Position numbers and translations under genes: made by a program. This document shows, in pieces, positions 39,350 through 49,192 of a stretch of DNA of 64,000 nt. The DNA is taken from NCBI RefSeq assembly GCF_017992695.1, contig NZ_JAGOOC010000001.1. One strand, given 5' to 3'. The stretch is from Bacteroides sp. (lineage in GTDB: Bacteria > Bacteroidota > Bacteroidia > Bacteroidales > Bacteroidaceae). Every line of letters starts with the position of its first letter. The stretch's first letter is position 1. Below the pieces are notes generated by a model. It was not told the DNA's origin. It did not search any database and saw nothing but the letters and a program-made list of their open reading frames with translations.

Positions 39350-40116
39350 CCTCTACCCCACTGCTCGTTCTCAACGGCATCACAGCCGGATATGATAATC
39401 AACCCGTGTTACGCAGCATAGACCTTACTGTCTATGAGCGCGATTTCCTGGGTATCATCGGTCCCAATGGTGGAGGAAAGACAACACTGATCAAATGCAT
39501 CCTCGGTTTGCTACCCTATACCGCCGGCAACATTCAGTTTTACCACAACAGCCAACCGGCAGAGAACCTCACGATGGGCTATCTGCCTCAATATAATTCC
39601 ATTGATCGCAAATTTCCCATTTCGGTCAAGGAGGTTATTCTTTCAGGGCTTAGCTCGAAGAAAGCACTAGCTACCCGTTTTACCGATGAACACTACCAGA
39701 AGGTACAGAACGTGATTATTCGCATGGGCCTTGAAGGGTTAGAACAGCGTTCTATTGGTGCCCTGAGTGGCGGACAGCTCCAGCGCGCTCTACTGGGACG
39801 AGCCATTGTTTCCGACCCAGATCTACTTATTCTCGATGAACCAAGCACCTACATTGACAAGCAGTTCGAAGCACGTCTTTACGAATTGCTTGCCGAAATC
39901 AACCAAGAGTGTGCCATTATATTGGTTAGTCATGACATCGGCACAGTGTTGCAACAAGTAAAATCAATTGCTTGCGTGAACGAAACACTCGATTATCATC
40001 CGGCAATCGATGTAACAGGCGAGTGGCTCGAGCGCAACTTTCACTGCCCCATTGAGTTATTGGGGCATGGTACACTCCCCCACCGCGTGCTAGCCGAGCA
40101 CCACTCTCATACCTAA
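39346..40116 (+). CDS. Metal ABC transporter ATP-binding protein
   Basis: GPNGGGKTT, LSGGQLQR, LDEP and VSHD. Confidence 0.93.
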   Translation: MTSTPLLVLNGITAGYDNQPVLRSIDLTVYERDFLGIIGPNGGGKTTLIKCILGLLPYTAGNIQFYHNSQPAENLTMGYLPQYNSIDRKFPISVKEVILSGLSSKKALATRFTDEHYQKVQNVIIRMGLEGLEQRSIGALSGGQLQRALLGRAIVSDPDLLILDEPSTYIDKQFEARLYELLAEINQECAIILVSHDIGTVLQQVKSIACVNETLDYHPAIDVTGEWLERNFHCPIELLGHGTLPHRVLAEHHSHT

Positions 40117-40299
40117 AAACAAAATACAAGACCGTAAATTGAGCTACATGACTATGGCGTGCAGCTTAGCATCCAAGCAGGGTGAAGTGTGCACTGCTGT
40201 TTAGTTCACTAATTTTATATACAGATAAGTGGCTATCTTCGTACAATTTATTACCTTTGCGCCCACGTAACGTGTTATTGATAAAAGAACTATAGTTTC

Positions 40300-43200
40300 A
40301 TGAAACAGTACAAAACGATAAACAACCTTGTCGGTTGGATTACTTTCTTCATTGCTGCCACTGTCTATTGCCTGACAATAGAACCTACGACTAGTTTTTG
40401 GGACTGTCCCGAGTTTATTACTACCGGCTATAAACTGGAAGTAGGACATCCACCCGGAGCACCCTTTTTCATGCTTATAGCCAACCTCTTCTCGCAATTT
40501 GCTTCAGATGCAACTACTGTAGCCAAGATGGTGAATTATATGAGCGCTCTGATGAGTGGAACGTGTATTCTGTTTCTCTTTTGGAGCATTACACACTTGG
40601 TACGCAAACTCGTAGTAACAGATGAGAACAAGATAACAACTGCACAGCTCATTACCATTATGGGCTCGGGAGCTGTTGGCGCATTGGTTTATACCTTTAG
40701 CGATACCTTTTGGTTCTCAGCCGTCGAAGCCGAGGTTTATGCCTTCTCTTCGCTCTTTACTGCCGTTGTTTTTTGGCTGATCTTGAAATGGGAAGATGTG
40801 GCCAACGAGCCCCACTCCGACCGTTGGCTGATCTTAATCGCCTACCTCACAGGACTTAGCATCGGTGTCCACCTCCTAAACTTGCTTTGTCTTCCCGCTA
40901 TTGTATTGGTTTATTATTACAAGAAGAATCCGAATGCAACAGCTAAGGGTTCGCTGCTTGCACTGCTCGGATCGGGCGTATTGGTTGCTGCTGTGTTATA
41001 TGGTATTGTGCCGGGTGTTGTCAAAGTAGGCGGTTGGTTCGAATTACTCTTTGTCAATGGCATAGGCATGGCCTTCAATACAGGCGTTATCGTTTACATC
41101 ATATTCCTTGCTGCAGCCATCATTTGGGGCGTATACGAAAGCTATCAGGAGAAAAGCCGCACACGAATGAATCTCTCCTTCCTCGTTACCATCGCCCTAC
41201 TGGGTATTCCTTTCTACGGGCACGGTGCTAGCAGCGTAATTATCGGCATCGTTGTATTGGGAGCTTTAGCACTCTATCTATTCGCAAAGAAGCTCGATAA
41301 GAAATATCAAATATCAGCCCGTACGATGAATACGGCGCTACTCTCTACCATGATGATCATGGTAGGTTACTCGTCATACGCACTCATAGTGATTCGTTCT
41401 ACGGCCAATACACCGATGGATCAAAACTCACCCGAAGACATTTTCACACTGGGCGAGTACTTGGGTCGCGAACAGTACGGCACCCGTCCGCTGTTTTATG
41501 GCCCTGCTTTCTCGTCGAAAGTAGCCCTCAATGTAGAGGGAAACGCCTGTGTACCTCGCGAAAAGAGTTCTACCACCAAGTATGTACGTAAAGAGAAAAG
41601 CTCACCCGATGAGAAGGATCTCTACATCGAACTCCCCGGACGAGTAGAGTACGAATATGCACAAAACATGCTTTTTCCACGCATGTACAGTGCGGCACAC
41701 GCCAATCAGTACAAAGGGTGGCAGACTATCAAGGGCAACGACGTAGCCTACGACCAGTGTGGTGAGATGGTTATGATTAACGTACCCACTCAATGGGAAA
41801 ACATCAAATTCTTCTTTTCTTACCAGCTTAATTTCATGTACTGGCGCTATTTCATGTGGAATTTTGCCGGACGCCAGAACGATATCCAAGGAAGCGGTGA
41901 AATAGAACACGGCAATTGGATAACTGGTATTCCGCTCATCGACAACCTGTTGGTGGGCAATCAAGAGTTGCTTCCACAAGAGCTTGCAGCCAATAAAGGC
42001 CATAACGTATACTATTGTTTGCCGTTACTGTTGGGTCTCATCGGACTCTTCTGGCAAGCCTACAAAGGTCAGAAAGGCATTCAGCAGTTCTGGGTAGTCT
42101 TCTTCCTCTTCTTCATGACGGGTATTGCTATTGTGCTTTACCTGAATCAAACACCTTCGCAACCCCGTGAGCGTGACTATGCATATGCCGGATCATTCTA
42201 TGCCTTCGCTATTTGGATAGGTATGGGCGTAGCCGGAATTATTCAGCTGCTCAAAGAGCGATTAAAGATGAAAGAAGCGGTGCTAGCAGGTATCGTATCA
42301 GTTGTTTGTTTGCTCGTGCCGGTACAGATGGCCAGTCAAAACTGGGACGACCATGACCGCTCGGGACGCTATATGGCGCGTGATTTCGGACAGAACTACC
42401 TCATGACCCTTCAAGAAGGCGGCCACCCTATTATCTACACGAACGGAGACAACGACACTTTCCCTTTGTGGTATAACCAGGAGACAGAGGGATTCCGTAC
42501 CGACGCTCGTACCTGTAACCTTAGCTACCTGCAAACCGATTGGTACATTGACCAAATGAAGCGCCCTGCTTACGACTCTCCTTCCCTACCCATCACTTGG
42601 AATCGATCCGAGTATAGGGAGGGACAAAACGAGTACATCCAAGTACGCCCCGAAATTAAACAACAGATTGACGCACTTTATGCGCAAGCCGCTAGCAACG
42701 GAAATCCGGAGGCACCGGCTACTAGCAGCGAAAACACTGAGGTACAAGCCGCTAGCAGCGGAAATCCGGAGGCACTGGCCAAGATCCACGCACAGTTTGG
42801 CGAAAACCCCTACGAGCTGAAGAATATCATTAAATACTGGATTCGCTCAGACAAAGAGGGTTTACGCGTGATTCCAACCGATAGCATCGTTATTAAAATA
42901 GACAAAGAGGCCGTGCGCCGCAGTGGCATGATGATTCCGAAAGCCTTGGGCGACTCTATCCCCGACTACATGCACATCTCACTCAAAGGCAAGCGTGCGC
43001 TTTATAAGAGCGAACTGATCATGCTCGAAACGCTTGCCCACGCAAACTGGGAACGCCCCATGTACATGGCCATCAGCGTAGGCACCGAGAATCACTTGGG
43101 CATGGGCAATCACTTCATCCAAGAGGGACTTGCCTACCGCTTCACACCGTTTGATACCGACAAGCTTGACAGCAAGATCGATTCGGAAAAGATGTACGAC

Positions 43201-43695
43201 AACTTGATGAATAAATTCAAGTATGGCGGCATGGAAACGAAAGGCATCTATCTTGATGAGAACACCCTGCGTATGTGCTACACGCACCGACGAATATTCT
43301 CGCAACTGGTTGCTCAACTGCTGAAGGAGGGAAAGAAAGAGAAAGCACTCCTAGCACTTAACTATGCCGAGAAGGTAATTCCGGCGTACAACGTGGCTTA
43401 CGATTGGCAAAATGGTGCATTCCAGATGGCAGAAGCGTACTATCAGTTAAAACAGAATGAGAAAGCAGACAAGATCATGGACGAGCTGGCCAATAAGTCG
43501 GTAGAGTATATGATATGGTACCTCAGCATGAGCGACCAACAATTGGCCATTTCGGGACAAGAGTTTATGTATCACCTCAGCCTGCTCGATGCCGAAATAC
43601 GTACCATGGAGAAATACAAATCGCCCCTTGCAAGTAACTACGCCAGCCGCTTGGAAGAGCTATATAACACCTATATGGGTCGAACAAAAAAATAA
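40300..43695 (+). CDS. DUF2723-domain large membrane protein (GT-C-like)
   Basis: FWDCPEF, HPPGAP, EAEVYA, RERDYAY and GDNDTFPLWY; -7 box at 40252-40259. Confidence 0.9.
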   Translation: MKQYKTINNLVGWITFFIAATVYCLTIEPTTSFWDCPEFITTGYKLEVGHPPGAPFFMLIANLFSQFASDATTVAKMVNYMSALMSGTCILFLFWSITHLVRKLVVTDENKITTAQLITIMGSGAVGALVYTFSDTFWFSAVEAEVYAFSSLFTAVVFWLILKWEDVANEPHSDRWLILIAYLTGLSIGVHLLNLLCLPAIVLVYYYKKNPNATAKGSLLALLGSGVLVAAVLYGIVPGVVKVGGWFELLFVNGIGMAFNTGVIVYIIFLAAAIIWGVYESYQEKSRTRMNLSFLVTIALLGIPFYGHGASSVIIGIVVLGALALYLFAKKLDKKYQISARTMNTALLSTMMIMVGYSSYALIVIRSTANTPMDQNSPEDIFTLGEYLGREQYGTRPLFYGPAFSSKVALNVEGNACVPREKSSTTKYVRKEKSSPDEKDLYIELPGRVEYEYAQNMLFPRMYSAAHANQYKGWQTIKGNDVAYDQCGEMVMINVPTQWENIKFFFSYQLNFMYWRYFMWNFAGRQNDIQGSGEIEHGNWITGIPLIDNLLVGNQELLPQELAANKGHNVYYCLPLLLGLIGLFWQAYKGQKGIQQFWVVFFLFFMTGIAIVLYLNQTPSQPRERDYAYAGSFYAFAIWIGMGVAGIIQLLKERLKMKEAVLAGIVSVVCLLVPVQMASQNWDDHDRSGRYMARDFGQNYLMTLQEGGHPIIYTNGDNDTFPLWYNQETEGFRTDARTCNLSYLQTDWYIDQMKRPAYDSPSLPITWNRSEYREGQNEYIQVRPEIKQQIDALYAQAASNGNPEAPATSSENTEVQAASSGNPEALAKIHAQFGENPYELKNIIKYWIRSDKEGLRVIPTDSIVIKIDKEAVRRSGMMIPKALGDSIPDYMHISLKGKRALYKSELIMLETLAHANWERPMYMAISVGTENHLGMGNHFIQEGLAYRFTPFDTDKLDSKIDSEKMYDNLMNKFKYGGMETKGIYLDENTLRMCYTHRRIFSQLVAQLLKEGKKEKALLALNYAEKVIPAYNVAYDWQNGAFQMAEAYYQLKQNEKADKIMDELANKSVEYMIWYLSMSDQQLAISGQEFMYHLSLLDAEIRTMEKYKSPLASNYASRLEELYNTYMGRTKK
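42685..42774 (+). repeat. In-frame 3 x 30-bp tandem repeat inside the DUF2723 gene
   Basis: QAASNGNPEA / PATSSENTEV / QAASSGNPEA; copies 1 and 3 differ at one base. Confidence 0.85.
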
Positions 43696-43705
43696 CAGTG
43701 AGCGA

Positions 43706-44359
43706 ATGATTATAGAACAACCACCCTGGTTCTTTCGTGCACTATACCCACAGGCTATTTTTCGGATGAACCCCAATGAAAAGGCAGTTTACCTGACTTT
43801 TGATGATGGCCCCATCCCCGAAGTTACCCCGTGGGTACTTCGGTTACTGGCAGAACATGACATCAAAGCAACCTTCTTCATGGTAGGCGATAATATTCGC
43901 AAACACCCGGAAGAGTTTAGGCAAGTGGTAGAAGCCGGTCACCGAATAGGGAACCATACGTTTAATCACATCCGTGGGTTCGAATATTCGACCAAGGAGT
44001 ATATGCACAATACCCAGCTGGCTAATCAGACAATGGAGACTGATCTTTTTCGCCCACCGCATGGACACATGGGCTTTAAACAGTACCATACACTGAGAAA
44101 GCATTATCGCATCATTATGTGGGACCTCGTAACACGAGATTATAGCAAGAAACTGCGCGGCCCACAAGTGCTAGCTAACGTAAAGCAATACGTCCGCAAC
44201 GGATCTATTATTACCTTTCACGACTCACTGAAATCGTGGAAAAACGGTAATTTGCAACATGCACTGCCACAATCCATTGAGTATCTTAAAGCAGAGGGTT
44301 ATGCCTTTAAATGCTTCCCTGCTCCGGGTGAAACATGGCCAAACGATAATAATAAATAA
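43706..44359 (+). CDS. Polysaccharide deacetylase (CE4/NodB)
   Basis: Probable start MIIEQPPW at 43706; LTFDDGP, ATFF, GNHTFNH, FRPPHG and IITFHD. Confidence 0.93.
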   Translation: MIIEQPPWFFRALYPQAIFRMNPNEKAVYLTFDDGPIPEVTPWVLRLLAEHDIKATFFMVGDNIRKHPEEFRQVVEAGHRIGNHTFNHIRGFEYSTKEYMHNTQLANQTMETDLFRPPHGHMGFKQYHTLRKHYRIIMWDLVTRDYSKKLRGPQVLANVKQYVRNGSIITFHDSLKSWKNGNLQHALPQSIEYLKAEGYAFKCFPAPGETWPNDNNK

Positions 44360-45315
44360 TGGAAACAGTAATACTTTCTGCCGCCCAAATGAAAGCCGAA
44401 GCCTTGCGCCTCGGCTTTTCGGCTTGTGGCATTGCGCCTGCCGACACTGTGGATGCCACCAACGAAAGCTCTTTGAGGCAGTGGTTGGCAACCGGTAAGC
44501 AGGCTGGCATGGGGTATATGCAGAACCATACAGAGAAACGACTTGATCCTCGCCTACTGATGGAGGGCACGCAAAGCATTATATCGGTAGCACTCAACTA
44601 CTACCCCGAACAGCTGTTGCCGAAAGAGAGCTACCAACTTGCTTGGTACGCCTACGGAAGCGACTATCACGATGTAATGAGAGCTAAACTCACCTCCTTG
44701 CAGGCATTTATTCTCGCCCAATTCCCTACTAGCGTAAGCCGCATCTTTTGCGACACGGCTCCCGTACTTGAGCGTTATTGGGCATGGCGTGCCGGACTGG
44801 GCTGGGTAGGCAAACACACACAGTTGATACTTCCCTCTGCAGGCTCCTGCTTCTTTTTGGGCGAAATTTTCATCGATCAGCCTACCGATACTTACGACAT
44901 TCCACTACCCGCTCGTTGTGGCAGCTGCACACAATGCGTGAACGCCTGTCCCACGGGCGCGATTGAGTCACCTTACGTGCTGAATGCGCAACGTTGCCTC
45001 TCTTACCTGACCATTGAGCACCGGGGCGATATTCCGCCCGCAGCGGGCAGTAAAATCGGCAATAAGATCTATGGATGTGACGAGTGTCAGCAGGCGTGTC
45101 CGTGGAATCGCTTTGCAACACCTTGCCAGACGCCCGAACTACACCCCTCGCCTACGCTACTTGCAATGCGAAAAAACGATTGGCACACCTTGACTGTAGC
45201 GCAATACAAAGCCCTCTTCAAGAACAGTGCTGTGAAGAGGGCTAAATACGAGGGACTCCTACGCAATATAACTACTGCATCGTCACATGCAGTGGCGAAC
45301 GAAGTTGCTGAGTAA
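44359..45315 (+). CDS. queG: Epoxyqueuosine reductase
   Basis: YAYGSDYH, DTAPVLER, CGSCTQCVNACPTGA and IYGCDECQQACPWN. Confidence 0.96.
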   Translation: METVILSAAQMKAEALRLGFSACGIAPADTVDATNESSLRQWLATGKQAGMGYMQNHTEKRLDPRLLMEGTQSIISVALNYYPEQLLPKESYQLAWYAYGSDYHDVMRAKLTSLQAFILAQFPTSVSRIFCDTAPVLERYWAWRAGLGWVGKHTQLILPSAGSCFFLGEIFIDQPTDTYDIPLPARCGSCTQCVNACPTGAIESPYVLNAQRCLSYLTIEHRGDIPPAAGSKIGNKIYGCDECQQACPWNRFATPCQTPELHPSPTLLAMRKNDWHTLTVAQYKALFKNSAVKRAKYEGLLRNITTASSHAVANEVAE

Positions 45316-46513
45316 ACTGAGCTACATACGCATTCCACGCTGCAGCATCTTTAATGGCGGCTTTACTCCAAGCCGAACCCCAATAATAGGTATAATCAGA
45401 TCCGGGAGTGTACTCACTAATAGCCAGCACATGTCCATCGGCACCACCTCGTTTCTCTTTCTTCTCTTTTTCAGAGAATAGAACCACTTTGGCCTCATTG
45501 ACCGAGGCCGGAAAAGCAGCCCCTACAAAGATTTTACCGTTGCCGTTAGCAGCATTGTCGGTGGGGTCTACATAGGTAATGTAGCCATTTGAGGCATCCG
45601 TTACTACGGCCCCATCGGGCTCGTGCAATACAATACCGGTTGCTACAGGCATTGTCTCTTTAAGGTTGCTGTAAGAAATAATGGTTTTGTTCATGTATTG
45701 TCCGGCATCGAGCGATATGAGACGGCTCTCAATTACGTTCGAATCGCCTTTTACAGTAAGCGGACTATACGTTAACTTCACCGTGAAGCGCAACGGGCCG
45801 TTATCCAGTATCTCTTGGGTTTCATAACAATACGGATAAATAAGGGTATCCCCTTGCATCAACGCAGCTGCGCCACCGCCTAAGGTAGGACCAACTTTGT
45901 AACAGTCGAGCCCATTGCCATGGTCAACGTGATATGAAACTGACTGATAAAGCTGCTTAGCTGCTTCCGGATCAGTCTTCCTCAGTTCGGCTATCTTAGC
46001 TTTTACTTCGGGATTCAATTCGCTTGCGTAACGAGCTTCTACTACAGGCTCTGTCGTGTTGTATTTGGTCCAAATATCATAACCATACGCATGTTCATTA
46101 TTAGCCTTTAAGCCAGGACCGTAGGTGCGGAAAGCAACCAGGTCGTTTTCCCAAGCTACATCGTCGGCACGCTCGGGGTAATATCTACCGCAAGTCTTCA
46201 CTTCGAAAGGTGCAGGCGTACCGGTTTTAATGGTGTATGAAGCCGTTCCGTTGGCTTTTACTGCCGTCGGAAAAATAATCTTCTCGTCATAGGTAATCTG
46301 GTAGGGAACTTGCATACCATCTTGATCAAGCACCACGACCTGTGCAGTATCAGCTAGCTTCAGCTTGGCAACCACCTCACTCATGGGTACTTCTACCATC
46401 TCGCTGCTACGCTCAAGCGAGGTAGGATTGGTTACCGTAACGGTCACCGTTTTGCTTCCGCCGCAAGCCAGCAGAGCGAAAGCAGTGAAAAGGAGTAAGA
46501 AAAACTTTTTCAT
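45272..46513 (-). CDS. DUF4861-family lipoprotein
   Basis: Probable start MKKFF at 46513, lipobox LLAC; PERADDVAWEND..AFRTYGP and GLDCYKVGPTLG. Confidence 0.85.
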   Translation of the reverse strand: MKKFFLLLFTAFALLACGGSKTVTVTVTNPTSLERSSEMVEVPMSEVVAKLKLADTAQVVVLDQDGMQVPYQITYDEKIIFPTAVKANGTASYTIKTGTPAPFEVKTCGRYYPERADDVAWENDLVAFRTYGPGLKANNEHAYGYDIWTKYNTTEPVVEARYASELNPEVKAKIAELRKTDPEAAKQLYQSVSYHVDHGNGLDCYKVGPTLGGGAAALMQGDTLIYPYCYETQEILDNGPLRFTVKLTYSPLTVKGDSNVIESRLISLDAGQYMNKTIISYSNLKETMPVATGIVLHEPDGAVVTDASNGYITYVDPTDNAANGNGKIFVGAAFPASVNEAKVVLFSEKEKKEKRGGADGHVLAISEYTPGSDYTYYWGSAWSKAAIKDAAAWNAYVAQFTQQLRSPLHVTMQ

Positions 46514-46534
46514 GTTAACTAATTCTGGGTAAAT

Positions 46535-46609
46535 CGCCACAACGTAACACAGCGTTTCACGGAGAGTTTCATAAAAACCTTAGTGAGACGCTGCGTTAGG
46601 CTGTAGCGA
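46535..46609. repeat. Imperfect palindromic intergenic repeat, best copy (30-bp arms)
   Basis: CGCCACAACGTAACACAGCGTTTCACGGAG ... CTTAGTGAGACGCTGCGTTAGGCTGTAGCG. Confidence 0.75.
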
Positions 46610-46616
46610 GTAGTTC

Positions 46617-47411
46617 TTATTTCGGTTGTTTTCCAATATAAGCCAAAATACCACCGTCAACGTACAGCACGTGTCCGTTTACGAAGTTCGAAGCTTCAGA
46701 GGCAAGGAACACAGCAGGTCCGGCCAAGTCTTCGGGGGTACCCCAGCGTGCAGCCGGTGTTTTAGCAATAATGAACGAGTCGAACGGATGACGTGAACCA
46801 TCTGCCTGCAACTCGCGTAAGGGAGCTGTTTGCGGAGTAGCGATGTAACCCGGGCCAAGGCCATTACATTGGATGTTGAATTCGCCATATTCTGAAGCGA
46901 TGTTACGCGTCAGCATCTTCAGACCACCCTTGGCAGCTGCATAAGCCGATACGGTTTCGCGACCCAATTCGCTCATCATCGAGCAGATATTAATGATTTT
47001 ACCGTGACCTTTTTTGATCATAGCCGGAATCACCGCTTTGGCAACGATAAACGGACCGGTTAAGTCAATGTCAATCACTTGACGGAACTCTGCAGCCGAC
47101 ATTTCGTGCATAGGAACGCGTTTTATGATACCGGCATTGTTAACCAAGATATCGATAACACCAACCTCTTTCTCGATCTGCGCTACCATTGCATTCACTT
47201 GATCTTCGTTGGTTACGTCGCATACATATCCGTGAGCTTCGATGCCCAACGCTTTGTAAGCAGCCAAACCTTTGTCAATCAGTTCTTGGTTGATGTCGTT
47301 GAATACCACCTTTGCTCCTGCTTGAGCATAAGCAGTAGCCATTGAGAAACCAATTCCGTAAGAGGCTCCTGTTACGAGAGCCACTTTGCCTTCTAATGAA
47401 AAATTTACCAT
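46617..47411 (-). CDS. kduD: Gluconate 5-dehydrogenase / 2-keto-3-deoxygluconate dehydrogenase (SDR, KduD-like)
   Basis: TGASYGIG, NNAG and YAAAKGG; adjacent to kduI. Confidence 0.88.
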   Translation of the reverse strand: MVNFSLEGKVALVTGASYGIGFSMATAYAQAGAKVVFNDINQELIDKGLAAYKALGIEAHGYVCDVTNEDQVNAMVAQIEKEVGVIDILVNNAGIIKRVPMHEMSAAEFRQVIDIDLTGPFIVAKAVIPAMIKKGHGKIINICSMMSELGRETVSAYAAAKGGLKMLTRNIASEYGEFNIQCNGLGPGYIATPQTAPLRELQADGSRHPFDSFIIAKTPAARWGTPEDLAGPAVFLASEASNFVNGHVLYVDGGILAYIGKQPK

Positions 47412-47446
47412 AGTCTATATTATATAAATTTGTTGATCCGAAACAC

Positions 47447-48289
47447 TTACTTCAAGTCTGTAATCAGTGAGAAGTCTTGATCGCCATAGTCAAGATTTTC
47501 ACCACCCATACCCCAAATGAACGTATAGTTATGGGTAGCTGCTGCCGAGTGGATAGACCATTCGGGTGAAAGCACAGCCTGATCGCCCTTCATCCATACG
47601 TGACGTGTTTCGTCTACTTCGCCCATGAAGTGACATACGGCATGCTCTTGTGGAACCTCAAAATAGAAATAAGCTTCCATACGACGGCTGTGCACGTGTG
47701 CAGGCATGGTATTCCATACGCTACCCGGAGCCAGTTCCGTCATTCCCATCTGCAATTGACAAGTAGGCAATACTTGGTTAACAAGCATTTTATTAATGTT
47801 GCGATGGTTAGAACCTTCGAGCGAACCCATTTCGGCTACAACAGCATCGTCTTTGGTTACTTTCTTATCAGGGTAATTGCGATGAGCGGTTACCGAGTTA
47901 AAGTAAAATTTAGCCGGATTCTTGGGGTCCTTGCTTTCGAAGGTTACCGTGCGATCGCCCGATCCCAAATAAAGAGCCTCTTTATAGTCAAGTTCAAAAA
48001 CGGCATCATCTACCTTCACTACACCGGGTCCACCCACATTGAACATACCCATCTCGCGACGTGTAAGGAAGAAAGGTGCTTTCAACGGATCGATAACTTC
48101 GAGCGTCAACACTTCTGCCACGGGCATAGCTCCACCAACAACCATACGGTCGTACATGGAATATACCATATTTACCTCATCGGCTGTGAACACAGTTTCG
48201 ATGAGAAAATCGCGACGGATTCTTGCAGTGTCATAACTTTTGGCATCTTCGGGATGCGCAGCATAGCGAATTTCATAATTCGTTTTCAT
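47447..48289 (-). CDS. kduI: 4-deoxy-L-threo-5-hexosulose-uronate ketol-isomerase
   Basis: YSMYDRMVVGG, WNTMPAHVHSRRMEAY and SPEWSIH; -7 box at 48355-48362. Confidence 0.97.
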   Translation of the reverse strand: MKTNYEIRYAAHPEDAKSYDTARIRRDFLIETVFTADEVNMVYSMYDRMVVGGAMPVAEVLTLEVIDPLKAPFFLTRREMGMFNVGGPGVVKVDDAVFELDYKEALYLGSGDRTVTFESKDPKNPAKFYFNSVTAHRNYPDKKVTKDDAVVAEMGSLEGSNHRNINKMLVNQVLPTCQLQMGMTELAPGSVWNTMPAHVHSRRMEAYFYFEVPQEHAVCHFMGEVDETRHVWMKGDQAVLSPEWSIHSAAATHNYTFIWGMGGENLDYGDQDFSLITDLK

Positions 48290-48542
48290 ACCTTATATGT
48301 TTTAATCGTTAATAATTTACCTTACTTTTTCGTACGTCGTTTACGTACACAATGCAAAAATAGCAAAATTAAATGGCATAACATTGCAATTTTGTGCTTA
48401 TTATATAGCAATATCGTTCACAACCGGTGGCAATAGCGTCTGTTTAACATTTTATAATACAAACGTAGACCTATTCTATATTTATTTCTATCTGTATTTT
48501 AACACTGTGGATCGTTTTTTCTCAATCGCAATTTCTACTATC

Positions 48543-48634
48543 AAAGAGTACGTACTTTTGGCATGAAAAAATGCACACTCTTTGATAGCAAAAGTGTGCA
48601 CTTAACACACTGTTAAAATAGCACTTTTACAAAG
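48543..48634. repeat. Second 23-bp-period array (four units) with palindromic cores
   Basis: Core starts at 48548, 48571, 48594 and 48617; unit 3 matches unit 2 of the 15.3-kb array at 17/23. Confidence 0.75.
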
Positions 48635-48918
48635 TAAGAAAAGCAACCGTTCGCATACGTTCATTACTGACTATATAGCAATATATATCAATGGATTATG
48701 AATTCAGCTTCTAAGTTCAAGAGAGAACTGTTTACCTGCTCCCTATCTACTATTGCGGGTATTAGCAACGATTACTTTTCAACGATAATTGTGTATTTAT
48801 CAACTTCAATCGGTAAGCACAGCTGCCACTGTTACAGAAAAAAAGAAAGTATTCGGTTGGATGACACCTTGCACTGCATGTACATTGCGCCTGCTAAAAC
48901 AGGTTCGCGGCAGGGCAT

Positions 48919-48951
48919 AAAAAAGCCCCAACTCATTATGAGATGGGGCTT
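48919..48951 (-). terminator. Intrinsic terminator downstream of tRNA-Gln
   Basis: AAGCCCCA...TGGGGCTT stem with an A-run (U-tract on the minus strand) at 48919-48924. Confidence 0.8.
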
Positions 48952-48959
48952 AAAAGAAG

Positions 48960-49030
48960 TTGTCCTACCAAGATTCGAACTTAGACAAACAGAACCAAAA
49001 ACTGTTGTGCTACCATTACACCATAGGACA
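48960..49030 (-). tRNA. tRNA-Gln (anticodon TTG), CCA not encoded
   Basis: TGTCCTA/TAGGACA acceptor stem, D-loop AATGGTA, anticodon loop TTTTGGT, T-loop TTCGAAT; -7 box at 49061-49068. Confidence 0.97.
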
Positions 49031-49192
49031 AACTAATGGGCTTTCTGTTAAAAAGCGGTGCAAAGATAAGGGAAAGCTATTTGGTTTCCAAATATTCTGA
49101 GACTTTTTTCTATAAAAATTGTTATCGACTGACTTAAATGCTTATCTTTGTGGGCATAAAACAGTCGTAAAACAACCCGTAAACATAAAAAA

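Noticed and set aside
47600-48436. 278-aa plus-strand ORF
   Set aside because: Antisense shadow of kduI with no recognisable motifs
48960-49030. tRNA-Gln as the attachment site of an integrated element
   Set aside because: No duplicated tRNA 3' end and no integrase in the window
48698-49036. 112-aa plus-strand ORF
   Set aside because: Its 3' part (VVLPRFELRQTEPKTVVLPLHH) is the antisense reading of tRNA-Gln and its terminator
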